The notes beneath the pieces are model-generated. The model ran no database searches. It saw nothing but the letters and a program-made list of their open reading frames with translations, and was not told where the DNA came from. 64,000 bases of DNA from Azolla caroliniana (lineage: Eukaryota; Plantae; Polypodiophyta): the NCBI GenBank assembly GCA_043228905.1, contig JBHGNT010000006.1, positions 16,306,001 to 16,370,000 of the forward strand, in the 5' to 3' direction. Positions 39,201-51,900 of this stretch are shown piece by piece (positions within the stretch are counted from its first letter, which is position 1; every line of letters begins with the position of its first letter). The translations under genes and the position numbers were made by a program.

Positions 39201-40235
39201 TGTGTTCGGCAATGCTCTCACCGTCTCTATATTTCAGTTGTACGATCTTTCTCATCAATGAGGTTTTATTTAGAGCGTTCTTCCTCTCATATAGACCTGA
39301 TAGCTTCTGCCACATCTCGTGGGCATTTATGTCGTTCACCACATGTTGAAGGACACTTACATCGACACACTATCGGATGGTGGCCACCGCCTTTCTGTTA
39401 AGAAGTTTCCATTCCGACCTAATACCCCGATGGGTATTTCTGCTCTATCGATTAGCTCGTACAGGTCTTTGATTATAAGAATGTCCTCCATCTTTATCTT
39501 CCAGTCTGCATAGTTCTATGAGTTTAGAACTATCATACCTGCTAAGCTGCTCACACCTCCTTCCATGCGTGCACCTCAAGCTCAGATACCAGTTTGATGG
39601 GATTAGCTTCCTTCTAATTGTGAGAAAAACCGATTGTGGAATATATAGTATCGCGGAAAGACAGAAACACAACAAATACACGAATACACAGTTTTACGTG
39701 GAAACCCTAAACGAGGAAAACCACAGGAACAAAGATTCCACTATACACAAGAGAGTACAGAAAAATGGTTACAATCTTCTCTGACACACATAGAGGATAA
39801 CCTATTTAGGGTTCTTAGGAAGTTCCCTAAACTTTGTTGCCGCTCTCTCTCACGCTCATACACACTCACTTCTCAACTCACGACACACTACTCATTTGCC
39901 CTAGATGTATTTATACCCATACATTATATGGGCTATTTACGAATGCAACCCCTACTATACATCACTACTATTATTATCTATAATAATAAGTAGCCATTAG
40001 CCAACTCTAGTGTCGACTGTCCGGTCGGCCTAGTCATCGACCATCCGGTCGACCCGAATAGTCAGTCGTGTCTTTGACCTGGATCTCCTTCCTGTTGGCT
40101 CACCCCAGTCGACTCTCATAGTCGACTCTTTAACCATTGGCACTCGGTCGGCATAGTTGGCTCGTCGTCTTCGATTGTCGACACTTCTTGGCCCAAATAG
40201 TCAGCTCCTCCCATTGGAGGGACATATTCCCAACG
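36267..40235 (-). mobile_element. Ty1/Copia element with both LTRs (36267-36929, 39595-40235) and TSD ATGGG; internally deleted and degenerate
   Basis: TSD at 36262-36266 and 40236-40240; PBS TGGTATCTGAGC; PPT; YVDDML; CDNQS..KHI; gag is joined directly to the INT C-terminus near 39190. Confidence 0.93.
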
Positions 40236-40240
40236 ATGGG

Positions 40241-41100
40241 AGCATGTAGCTAGCCAAGAACCTCGTGTTCCATGATCAGACGAAGCACATAGAAGTGCAT
40301 TATCACTTTGTGCGCGAGTGGGTCCTGAGCGGTCAAGTTGAACTCCGGTATGTTCGAACGAATCGGCAGGTTGTCGACATCTTCACCAAGACACTCGGAT
40401 CAGACAAGTTTCTTGGGCTACAACATCTTGACATGCCGCACTTGAGGGGGAGAACCGGGAGAATAGGTAAAGACACCGGAGAAGTAGCCATGAAGAAGGA
40501 GGAAAAGACCGACATAGGGGAGAGAAGAAGAAAAACGGAGCCGAGTCAACTGAAGAAGTTGGCACATACGAAAAATTTGGAACAAGCAGTGATGGCGGCA
40601 GAGTCAAGAAGGACGGAGCCGACTGGAAGACGAAGACGAAGACCCTGAAATGGTTTGATGTGGTGAAGGGCCTGAAGATTGAGCATGAATTGGAGACAAC
40701 CAATTTGGACAAGAGCTGGAACGAATCGGAGGCATCTGATTCGGAAGCGGCATTCTATTCAAAGGAAACAAATGCACAGCAAGCCAAACAGACGAGAAGG
40801 CAGCAAAAGTCAACACTGACATGGAGGAACTGATGGGTCGAGAAGCACCTAAGTCACAACATTGAAGGAGTTGAGATGGGCCTTATTAGCAAGCAAGCCG
40901 ACCGGAAGGGTCAAGGTGCACAGAACCGGATAGGTCGTGAAAACTGGGAACAAACGGGTTAGGGAGCATGAGCAAGGCAGGAAGACGTTAGGAGGAGCCG
41001 GAGGGAAGGACCGGCAAACACTGACACCACAATCTGATCTCAAGTTGAGCTTGAAGGGGAGTTGGACCCATTTGACCTAGACAAGCTCAACCTGATCCGG
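40241..41100 (+). mobile_element. Copia 3' fragment (RNase H end, 3' extension, PPT, first ~40 bp of the 3' LTR)
   Basis: VFHDQTKHIEVHYHFVRE..VDIFTK; PPT GAAGGGGAG at 41053-41061. Confidence 0.8.
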
Positions 41101-41712
41101 ATCATAACTTGGAGACAAAGATTCTGAAATCGAATGACAAACTATGACACTGTTTCATGAGGCTCTTGATATGCCGCATAAAACCAACTAAGTAGATCCA
41201 TTTGTAGAATTTATCGATGAAATAATAGAATGAATTTTGTCGTTAACTGTTTGAAAGGTTCAAACGCCCTCGGCCCATTTTGGGCATACCAATTCGCCGA
41301 CAGTCCGTTGAGTGAAAATACAAACTTGACAATTTTCGATTTTTCTTCCTCTGCAACCATCTTCGTGAAACACGTTTCACCTTCCATGTTGTAAGAAAAT
41401 CGTGCACATGCACTTCCGCATTAGCTCCATTCCGATACTTTGAATAAGGGTACAATATTGTATAACCCCTCCAAAATGTCAAAAGAATAACCTTGATCGA
41501 ACTGCTCCTCGTTCAAGTTGCTATTAGTTAGATAGGGAATTTCACCCCACTCCCCTTCAACTTCTTGCTGGATTTGGTTAATAACTTCCGAATCTTCCGC
41601 AATCCCACCGTCTACACTTTGTGTCTGCAAACTTGTGTGTGGTCTTTTGTGGTCTACAGGTGTATTTGAACTAGATGACATCCATTCCCCTTGATCGATG
41701 CCTATAACAGAT
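41101..41712 (-). pseudogene. N-terminal half of a Gypsy gag, inside an inverted segment
   Basis: YPYSKYRNGANAEVHVHDFLTTW and FVIRFQNL are homologous to the gag at 47422-47760. Confidence 0.8.
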
Positions 41713-42130
41713 TGTTAAAGTTAATGTGTGGAAGCTTAGACAAACCCGCTCAGCCAAATAGCAACAGAGAAGTTTGAATCACACACAGAGAGTATGCAGG
41801 AGAGATAGAGAGAGTAGAATAGCATAAAATCAAATTCAAAACAATATCACTTTGTACATACAATGTGCTTAGAGAGAAATTTTATACAAGTCCTTTAAAG
41901 GACTGCCAAAAATACTAACATGTACTTCAATGCTCGTATCAGGTTGGTGACACTGACTCCCAAAACTATGCCTACGTACTAGGCTAGGATCGTAGGCCTC
42001 GTAGGCCTCTAATGGCCTACCGGTTACATTCAGATCCGGACATCAATTTGGCCTTCCATTCCAGACACTAATCCGGACACCGAACCTACTCTTCATTCCG
42101 GATACCAATCCAGCTCTAGCTTACTTAGCA
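41713..42130 (-). repeat. Remainder of the Copia 3' LTR, inverted
   Basis: Homologous to LTR 2125-2604; its reverse complement continues from 41100. Confidence 0.75.
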
Positions 42131-42826
42131 ATCAATTTCAAAGGAAGAGCGGAAAGATATTTTCTTGGAGGCATTAGGCGAGCAACCCCGAACAATTTTA
42201 GCTTTGTTTGATTTCAAGAATCAATCACTAGAGCAAGTCATTGATAAAGCACTAGCAATGGATAGAACTCTGAGCAATAACACTATGAATATGGCGGCAT
42301 TACACAGGTTTTTACCTACAATGGAGGAGTTAAGATTCTGACAAGTCATGCAATGCACTACGTGTCTCAATACGGGGCATTCTACGATGGAATGCAATTT
42401 GCATACTCATTGTACAATCTATGATTCCAAGGTGCATTTTGTCCATTAATGTGAGTACAATTTACTCAAGAAAACCACGACATCAGTCTAACAGATTCAC
42501 CCTGAAAACAATTTTCAAGAGGACCGGAGTAGGTTGGAGCACCGGCCTCAAGAGGATGACTGTCCACATTATGAAAATCGTTATCAGTCAAATTGGAGGT
42601 ATGATAATCGATGGGAAGATAATCAGAGGGACAATTATCGACGAGACAATTATCGGCGCGACGACTACTATAGTGACTATCGGTGAGAAGATGACCGACA
42701 AGATGATTATCAACACGATAGTCGGAACACTTATGACTGGGACTATTCACCCTGGTGGGATAGATAGAATTGAAAAACTTACAAGGGTGGTCGATACCCA
42801 AAGGAGAAAAGATCTCATGATCATAA
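42131..42826 (+). pseudogene. C-terminal half of the same Gypsy gag (two zinc knuckles, R/D-rich tail)
   Basis: QCTTCLNTGHSTMEC..CEYNLL matches ORF 46609..47364. Confidence 0.8.
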
Positions 42827-43624
42827 TGTAGAGAAATGCACGGAATATCGCTCGGCCACAACCAAGTAGTAAATCACTTCTATAAGAATCAAACAAAGAA
42901 ATGGGAAATGGAGAGCACACAAGAAAATGACACAGGATGTTTACGTGGAAAACCCTAATATGGAAAAACCACGGGAGCCCACAGACTTCGAACTATCACT
43001 ATGAAGAGAAGGGGTACAATCAGAGACTCGGAGGCAACGACCTCGACCTCTGTTTCTTCGCACAGTGGCGGTTACAATAGAGTATCGCTCTGTATCTCTC
43101 TCTCTCTGACTCCCTCTCACTCTGTCACTCTCTATATACAATGGTTACAAGAACTATAACAACACATATGAAGTGATTGCCCTAAGTCATATTTATACTT
43201 GTATGAACTTAGGACTATTTACAAATATAGCCTCAATGGGCTTACTTAGAAACATATTTACAAATATGTCTTCTTCATCTAGTTCTCACTGGGTCTCCTA
43301 CCTCTGATTCTCAAGATCCCATCCGGAGGGACCAAAATCCCAACAATCTCCCCCTTCACTCCGGCATGGGATGTTTCGTCAGCCCGATCCGCGTCCGACA
43401 TGCGTCCAACTTGTTGGGTGTCAGCACTTTGGTCAACATGTCCGACCCATTCTCCTCTGTGTGGATCTTTGTCAGCATGAACTCTTGATCTTCTACTCTC
43501 TCCCGGATCCAATGATACCTCCGCTGGACATGTTTCTTCTGGGAATGGTAGGCCACGTTCTTTGCAAGGTGGATGGCACTTTGACTGTCGCAGTAGAGCC
43601 GGTATTCCTCCTGTTGGATCCCTA
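42770..43624. repeat. Direct duplicate of 48847-49701 (gag flank, Copia 3' LTR 42827-43345, RNase H end)
   Basis: 855-bp alignment at offset 6077 with scattered substitutions. Confidence 0.92.
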
Positions 43625-43924
43625 ATAAACACGCAATAATTACTTTTGTATTACTTCCGTCAAAACCTTTACAAATCATCGGATCCTTTTATAGGCATCC
43701 GGCAAGGTTACAATCGGTGCGCTTAGGCAACCGACATCCGAATCGGTCCGGATCCAGATCGGTACAACTGTACCGGATCCGTCCCTCCGAATAATAATTA
43801 TACTATTATTTACTTCCTATTATCCGATCCGACTCCGCCTTCCCACTTGTCCTTGCTCTTCTGACCGGTCAACACATGGCACGCCCGTGGGAAAGTGCCT
43901 TGCACTTCGAATCCACTCCCGGCC

Positions 43925-46765
43925 TCATTCTTCCTCCAAAATATCGAGCACACTCTGCTCGATGGGGTCAAGTGGTGCTTCTTCCTCCAATTCCTGTTCC
44001 TTGCCTGCCTGGTCTCCGACCTCCGGTTGGGTTGGCTGTTCCGTAAAAATTTGCTGCTCCGGCTCTGCTTGATTCTGTGGTGCCGGTGCTTCCTCACCGC
44101 TCCGTCCGGGTTCTTCCTGTTCTCCCTCCGTTCCAGGCTCTGTTCTGTTACCAGTGTCGCTTTCTCCGGTCTCGACTGGTCGGCTCGGTGTGCCTTCTTC
44201 CTCTGCTCTGGTGTCTTCCAGTCTCAGCTCTTCTTCGGCATCGGTCTGCTCCTGCTCTTCTTGATTTCCTTTGAACGGAAGTTCTTCTTCGGGTATTCCT
44301 TGTCGGGATTGTTCGGTGTCGGTTGGTTCAACTTCAGCCGGTCGCTCTCCCTCACTTATAGTGATTGGCGTCGTTCTTCCCTTGGCTTCCTGTCGTAACC
44401 GGTCCTGCTCGTATTTCTCCAACTCCAACTGAGTTGCGAGCTGCCCGTCATCCAACCTCTCTACCAACCCTCGGATTTCTTTGAGATGTTCTTCCGCTAA
44501 AGCATAGAAATCCTCCGACAATTCTTCCCGAATGGCGACGATACTTTCTTCATCCATCTTGTAGAACTTGTCACCGGTCTTCCTCTGATTCTCGGCATCA
44601 GCTCGGAGTGTCTGCAGCTCGGCTGCCTATTGTGACCACTCCTTCCACAACTTTTCCGTACTTTCGTTGATGCTTTCCTGAGCTCGGGTACTCCAACCTG
44701 ACATGATGAGCTTGATCCAGTCAACCCCCGCCTTAGCATGCGCATAAGCTTCTTGCTTTTCCTTCCTTGCCCGTTTTATAATGTCGGCCATTATCTGAGC
44801 CTGGGCCTCGTAATCCGCTTTCTGCTTTTCATAGGTACTCTGCAGTTTGTTGATCGTGAAGGTCGATCTTTCCTTTTCTTCATTCTTGATCTTGGTCAGA
44901 TCCAGCTTTTCCCGCCTTAGCGCCTCTAATTCCTTCCTTCTCTCCGTCGCTTGGGTTATTTCCGCCGACAATGCTTCCTTTTTGGCACTGACCTCGTCCA
45001 TTGTCTTAGCCAGGTCTAATCGGGTCTCTTTGAGCTGTTCTTTCAGCTTCTCTATTTGCCGGTTGTAGTCTGATGCCCGTTTCTTGTTGTCCGACTCGGC
45101 CTGCTTGTGATCTCGGTAGAGACGGTCGAAGTCCTCCGTCTTCTGCTTCAGGCGTCGGCTTACCTGAGCTCTTAACCGGTCGTCCCGGTCCTTCTGTTGT
45201 CGGAGTTCTTCCTGCAGTCGTTCTATCTCCTGCTCGGCATGTCGACGCAGTTGGTCCTTCTCCTTTTGCAGCTTCTCTTTTTCTTCTTGCAGTCGGTCAT
45301 TAGTGGCTCGGCCTTTTCGGAGGCCTTCTTCCATTTTCCGTCTGTCGTCCTCCACTGCTCCCTTTCTTTTTCCCTTAATGCCTCCTGAGCTTTTAACTCC
45401 TCTCCTAAGGTTTCTATTATTTTTTCGGTCTCAGGGCCGGTTTGCAAGGCTACCGGTTCCGGTTCCGGTTCTGGTTGCTTCCTTGTTGTCCCGACCGGCT
45501 TGGTGACAACTTGTGCTTGTTGAATTCCTTCCCTTGCCTGCAACAGCTCCCCTTGCAATTCCTTGATCTGTGTTCGGAGCACGACCAACTCCTGGGTTGT
45601 TGTATGCGTCAGATGTTGCCTACACGTTTCTTCTTCCTCTAACTGGTCCGCTACTCCCGATAACTGCTCCGAAAGCCATCTCAGCCATTGTGGCTTTGTG
45701 CTTCCTGTGTCGGGGTAGCCTTGCTCACTTCTACTCCTTAACTCAGGCTGTTTTTCCGGCCTTTTCTCTGGCTCCGGCGCTTGTTCATTCCTCTTCTCTG
45801 GGATGACCAGTTCTCTGAAGTCCGGCAAAACCGGTGTCGGTGCTGCTTCCCTCGGTACGGGTTCCGGTACTGCTTCCGCCTCGGCTACTGGAGGTGGTCC
45901 TTGCGCCCTCTGCTGAGTTTTGTCAACTGGTGGAGCCGGTCCTTTCGCTCGTCTCTCCCGACCTTGTCTTGCTGGGAGTCTTACCAGTGGTTCAGATGAG
46001 TCTTCTGTTTCAGCTTCCTCCTCCGGTGCGGCTACCAGACGGACCTTTTGTATAAAGACCTCTGGTTCCGGTTCCGGCCGTCGCAGCGTTATATTGATTG
46101 GTTTGAGCGCTACCGGTTCCTCCTCGGCCGATTTCCCTTTGCCTTTGTTGCCGGTTCCTGTTGCTGTCGGGATGGTCCTTCCCCCCGCTGTTCTGCTTCT
46201 TCCTGGGTCCATTCGGGGGTGTGTTTCTCCAGGATATGTCGGCGCTTTGTGACCTTTTTCGGCGTCGTCTCCTGCCGACCTCTTTTCTTTTGTTTGATGG
46301 GGAGCACCGGTGGGACTAACACCATTAGCCATTGTGCTATCCCGACCCATGGCTTTTTTCCTTCCACAAGGTTCTTGATGGCCTCCTTCAATCCTTTGGT
46401 TATGAAATGGAGCCAATCCACTTGTAATCCTTCGTACGTTGCAATTAAGAACGTTGCCTGGTACCTGGGTATGGCCGGGGGACGAGAATTCACGAATCCA
46501 TATTCCATCATGGCGCGGGCCACTTCTCCGAACAGCAGGTTCTCTCCGCCCTGTGTACGGTACGCCTTGCTGATGATGGAATACTCACCGAAATATTCGA
46601 ACAGGATTTCACTTGAAGGGTTTTCGATCGTTTGAAGTCCTCCTGCTTTTATCCCCGTGAGCGCCTGCACCGCTCCTTCCGGCTTTGTCCCTGGTTTGGA
46701 GGGTGGGTATGCTTTGGCGGTCGTCTTCGGTTTTTCGGTTATCCGGTACCGATACCGGGTTGTCA
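43925..46765 (-). pseudogene. Accessory ORF of element E (~900 aa when reconstructed): conserved N-domain, Pro/Glu linker, coiled coil, conserved motif, acidic tail
   Basis: ORFs 46110..47015, 45223..46416, 44627..45355 and 43925..44557 are joined by two frameshifts and one in-frame TAG. Confidence 0.75.
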
Positions 46766-48400
46766 TTCCTTGCTGCCTCCCGACGTTCCTCTCTTCGGAA
46801 AAATCCACGCTTCTGATTCCGTCGGAAATTTCGGTTCCCTTGTCGCCTCTCTTCTCTGCGTCGTTCGTATTCCAGGGATTCGTCTCGGTCGTACCGGTCC
46901 CGGGGGTAGCTATCTCTGCGTTTCTCCTCTCGGTCATAGTTATCGCGTCTTCTATCAGCGTATCTATTACCGCGTTCGCGTTGGTAGCGGTCGTCTCTCC
47001 GGAATCGATCCTCATCCGGGTTCTGATTGCGCGGTTCTATGTGTCGAACCGATGCTGCCTGCCGATTTAACAGGTTATATTCGCATCGGTCCGTTGTATG
47101 GGCTCGAGAGTTGCAGATCATACATTGTGTCCGCAGGGTGCAGTCTACTGTTGAGTGGCCCGAATTTAGGCATGTTGTGCATTGTAAGTCCTGTCGGAAC
47201 CTCAGGTCTTCCTCCTTCGGGAGTGCCCGGTGTAACATCCCCATCGACAAGAAGGAGCTAGTCTTGTCCATTTCTAAGACCCGATCAATAACTTGGTCCA
47301 TTGTGCTGGTGTGGAAATCAAGGACTCCGCACATTGTTCGAAGTGGCTCTTTCAACGCAACCAAAAAGACTGTTTTGGCTTCGTCTTCGGGTGGTGCTCT
47401 CGTCAGTTGGCTGTGCAGGATCTAAAACCGAATGATGAATTGTGGCACAGTCTCGTTCTCTTCCTGCCGGGTGGTGTAGAACTGCCTGACCAATTCCCTT
47501 TGCTCCACTTGTCTGTGAAAAAGCCTGAGGAATTTGGCCTTCAAGGCATCGAATGTGGCAAAGTTGCCCGGTAAGTGCTTTGCGTGCCATCGGGCTGCCG
47601 GTCCTTCTAAGGTCATGCCGAATTCGGCGACTTTGGATCGTTCGGCTTCGGGCTCCGTTAGTCTTTGGGAGACATGGTTGGCTTCCCATGTTTGGAGGAA
47701 TGCGTACACGTGTGCCTCCCCGTCGGGCTCATCCCGGTACTTTGGGTATGGGTACGACATCGTGTCGTCCAACTGACTCTCCTGCTTTCTCCGCTCTCTG
47801 TCTGTTGTTGGCGTCGGTGTGAGAACCTTTGGTTCCTCCGCGGTTGGTGCCGGTATCCGCTCCTTTAGTTCCTCCGCGGGTGTTGCCAGTGTCCGGTCCT
47901 TTGGTTCCTCCGCGGGTGTTGTCGGTATCCGCTCCTTCGGTTTCTTTGCGGGTGTTGTCGGTATCCGGTCAGCCGCCCTCGGCGATTGCCGGTCACCGAA
48001 CTCCAAGGTTATTTCTTCCTCTGGCTCCGGTGTTACTGAGTCTTCCGACTCCTCTTCTCCCGGGTCGTTTGGTGTGTCGTGGCTGCTTTTATACCGGGAC
48101 GCAACGCTTCCGTCGCTTTCCGACTCCGCCTCAAGTGTTGCGAATGCTTCTGAGTCCCCGTCGCCCCGGTGAGCGTCTGTAGTATCGTTTCTGCCTCTTG
48201 CAGGCTTGTTATGCTACTGCCTTCATAGGGGACTTGCAGAACCCGGAATTGCAGTGCTTCTTCTGCGACTCTCCGAAGAGTTCTGGAGAATGACCGATCT
48301 CGCCGGATCTCGTCGACGGCTTGCTGCAGGGCTTCCCGTCGTTGCTCTCGTTCGGTGTATCGTCTCCCTCGTTCGGTGATGTGGTCGTCGTTTGGTCTAG
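46609..48400 (-). pseudogene. gag of element E with two CCHC knuckles and four ~36-bp repeats (IPTTPAEEPKER-like) at ~47820-47970
   Basis: SYPYPKYRDEPDGEAHV, LEGPAARWH, CTTCLNSGHSTVDC, CMICNSRAHTTDRC; in-frame stop at 47422-47424. Confidence 0.85.
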
Positions 48401-48903
48401 ACATCCATCCCCCGGTTGTCCTCTGCACTTTGCAGGAATCGCGGTGCCAAAATAGTGTTGTCTGCCTGGCCGGACTAGCCTCAACACAGGTGTCTATCCG
48501 ACACTTCTCCAAAGGGGTGGTAAGGATTGGACGCTAGGTTACACGCGTAAGATGATTACAATTAAGCACAGACGGTAAAACAATACGAAGATATAGATAA
48601 ACACACAATAATTACTTTTGTATTACTTCCGTCAAAACCTTTACAAATCATCGGATCCTTTTATAGGCATCCGGCAAGGTTACAATCGGTGCGCTTAGGC
48701 AACCGGCATCCGAATCGGTCCGGATCTGGATCGGTACAACTATACCGGATCCGTCCCTCCGAATAATAATTATACTATTATTTACTTCCTATTATCCGAT
48801 CCGACTCCGCCTTCCCACTTGTCATTGCTCTTCTGACCGGTCAACATCGAAAAACTTACAAGGGTGGTCGATACCCAAAGGAGAAAAGATCTCATGATCA
48901 TAA

Positions 48904-51900
48904 TGTAGAGAAATGCACGGAATATCGCTCGGCCACAACCAAGTAGTAAATCACTTCTATAAGAATCAAACAGAGAAATGGGAAATGGAGAGCACACAAG
49001 AAAATGACACAGGATGCTTACGTGGAAAACCCTAATATGGAAAAACCACGGGAGCCCACAGACTCCGAACTATCACTATGAAGAGAAGGGGTACAGTCAG
49101 AGACTCGGAGGCAACAACCTCGACCTCTGTTTCTTTGCACAGTGGCAGTTACAACAGAGTATCGCTCTGTATCTCTCTCTCTCTGACTCCCTCTCACTCT
49201 GTCACTCTCTATATACAATGGTTACAAGAACTATAACAACACATATGAAGTGATTGCCCTAAGTCATATTTATACTTGTATGAACTTAGGACTATTTACA
49301 AATATAGCCTCAATGGGCTTACTTAGAAACATATTTATAAATATGTCTTCTTCATCTAGTTCTCACTGGGTCTCCTACCTCTGATTCTCAAGATCCCATC
49401 CGGAGGGACCGAAATCCCAACAATCTCCCCCTTCACTCCGGCATGGGATGTTTCGTCAGCCCGATCCACGTCCGACATGCGTCCAACTTGTTGGGTGTCA
49501 GCACTTTGGTCAACATGTCCGACCCGTTCTCCTCTGTGTGGATCTTTGTCAGCATGAACTCTTGATCTTCTACTCTCTCCCGGATCCAATGATACCTCCG
49601 TTGGACATGTTTCTTCTGGGAATGGTAGGCCACGTTCTTTGCAAGGTGGATGGCACTTTGACTGTCGCCGTAGAGCCGGTATTCCTCCTGTTGGATCCCT
49701 AGCTCTCCGATGAAGTCCTTCATCCAGATTATCTCCTTGCCGGCTTCTACAGCTGCCATGTACTTTGCTTCTGTTGTCAACAGTGCAATGGTCATTACAT
49801 ATCCGGATGTAGACCGGCTGGTATTCGCATCAACCGACATATCCGAATGTAGACCAGCTGGTATCCACATCAGTAGACATATCCGAATCCGTGAATCTGT
49901 CAAGTTGGGGATTACCGGAGGCACAGACTCGAAGTGCCTTTCAGATACTGGAGTATCCACTTGGCCGCATTCCAATGCTCTCTACCGGGATTGCTCATGA
50001 ACCGGCTCACCACTCCGACTACATATCCAATATCCGGTTGGGTACACACCATTGCGTACATCAAGCTCCCGACGGTAGAGGCATATGGTATCTTCATCAT
50101 ATCCGCCTTCTCCGCCTCTGTCGTCGGGCTCTGCTTTCCAGATAGTTTGCAGTTTGCCAAAAGTGTCGATCCAACCAATTTCGCATCCGACATGTTGAAC
50201 CACTGAAGCACTTTCGTCACGTACTTTTCCTGTGACAGCCACAATAGCTTCTTCAACCGGTCCCGGATGATGTGCATCTCCAATATCTGTCTTGCCTGAC
50301 CCAAGCCTCGGGCTCTGCTTTCTGGATAGTTTACAGTTTGCCGGAAGTGTCGATCCGACCAATTTCGCATCTGACATGTTGAACCACTAATGCACTTTTG
50401 TCACGTACTTTTCCTGTGACAGCCACAATAGCTTCTTCAACCGGTCCCGGATGATGTGCATCCCCAATATCGGTCTTGCCTGACCCAAGTCTTTCATTGA
50501 GAAGGTTCGGTTCAGGGCCTTCTTCATCATCTGTATTTTGACTTGGTCTCGTCCGACGATCAACATATCATCCAAATATATGAGGAGTATCAGGAAGTCT
50601 CCTCCGTCAAATTTCTTCACAAACACGAAGTGATCGGCTTGCGTCTTGTGGTACCCTTGGTCGGTCATGAAGTAGTCGAACTTTCGGTACCATTGCCGAG
50701 GAGCTTGCTTAAGTCCGTATAAGCTCTTCTTCAGCCTGCACACCAGGTTCTCCTTCCCTTTCTTCTCAAATCCTTCCGGTTGATGCATGTAGATCTCTTC
50801 TTCAAGGTCTCCGTGTAGGAATGTCGTCTTGACGTCCAGCTGCTCTACCTCGAGGTCCATGCTTGCCGCTATGCCCAATACCGTCCGGATGGATGTCATC
50901 TTTACTACCAGGGCAAAGATCTCATCGAAGTCCACTCCTTTCTTCTGCTAGAAACCCTTCACCACAATTCGGGCCTTATTATACCTTGGTGGATTTCCGG
51001 CGTCTCGTGGTTTCAGCTTGTACACCCACTTGTTCCGGAGTGCCCTCTTTCCTTGCGGCAACTCCACCAATTTGTATGTGTGGTTCTCATGTAGGGAATC
51101 CATCTCGTCCTACATGGCACTCAACCACTTGCGGTTGTGGGTGTCCCCCCTTGCTTCTTCAAAGCTTTCCGGCTCCCCCTCATTGGTTAGCAACACATGC
51201 TCTGCATCCGGAAATCTTCGGGGGGCTCTTCTCTCCTGGAGAGGATATCTCCGTCCTTGGTTTCTTACTACCGGTTCCTCCGTCTGTTCCTCATCTGAAT
51301 CCGATTCGGGATCTTGTCCGGTTCCGGTGTCTTCTTCTTCTTTGGTCGGTTTTGTTTCTTGTCTGAATCCCGCCAGTTCGTCGAGTGTCCTCCAGTTACC
51401 AGCTAACATCCGGTTTTCAACCGGGTATATCCTTTTGTAATCAACCGGTTTTCAATGGATGATTCGGAGTTCGTTACCTTCTTCTCCGACTCTCAGTCGG
51501 CAATGGTCTTGTCTTCCATGAAGACTATGTCCCGACTCTGGAACACCTTTCTGTCGATCAGATCCCACACTTGGTAACCGAACTTATCATCGCCGTATCC
51601 AGGGAATATGCATGGCCGGGACTTCGGATCCAGCTTTGCTCTCTTGTCCTTCGCCTCATGCACGTATGCAAGACACCCGAACACCTTTAAATGCCAGTAA
51701 GATACATCCTTACCAGTCCATACTTTCTGAGGTGAGTCTCCTCCCAAGGGTACTGAGGGTGATCTGTTTATGACATAGGTCGTCGTCGTCAGCGCCTCAG
51801 CCCAAAACGTCTTGGGTAACTTGGCATGTGCAAGCATGCTCTGGACTCTCTCCATTATGGTCCGGTTCATCCTTTCGGCCAGCCCGTTTAGTTCCGGCGT

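Larger units (their letters stand above)
43625..48846 (-). mobile_element. Non-autonomous Gypsy-type element E: LTRs 43625-43874 (truncated) and 48456-48846; gag plus accessory ORF; no pol
   Basis: LTR copies are nearly identical over 250 bp; TGTTG...CAACA termini; no PR, RT, RH or INT motifs between the LTRs. Confidence 0.88.

Noticed and set aside
43895-48182. Plus-strand hydrophobic ORFs in element E as env candidates
   Set aside because: Antisense shadows of the E/K/R-rich minus-strand coding sequence; short and not conserved in element G.
48600-48670. Self-priming for element E
   Set aside because: No complementarity found between the region downstream of the TATA and the sequence after the LTR.
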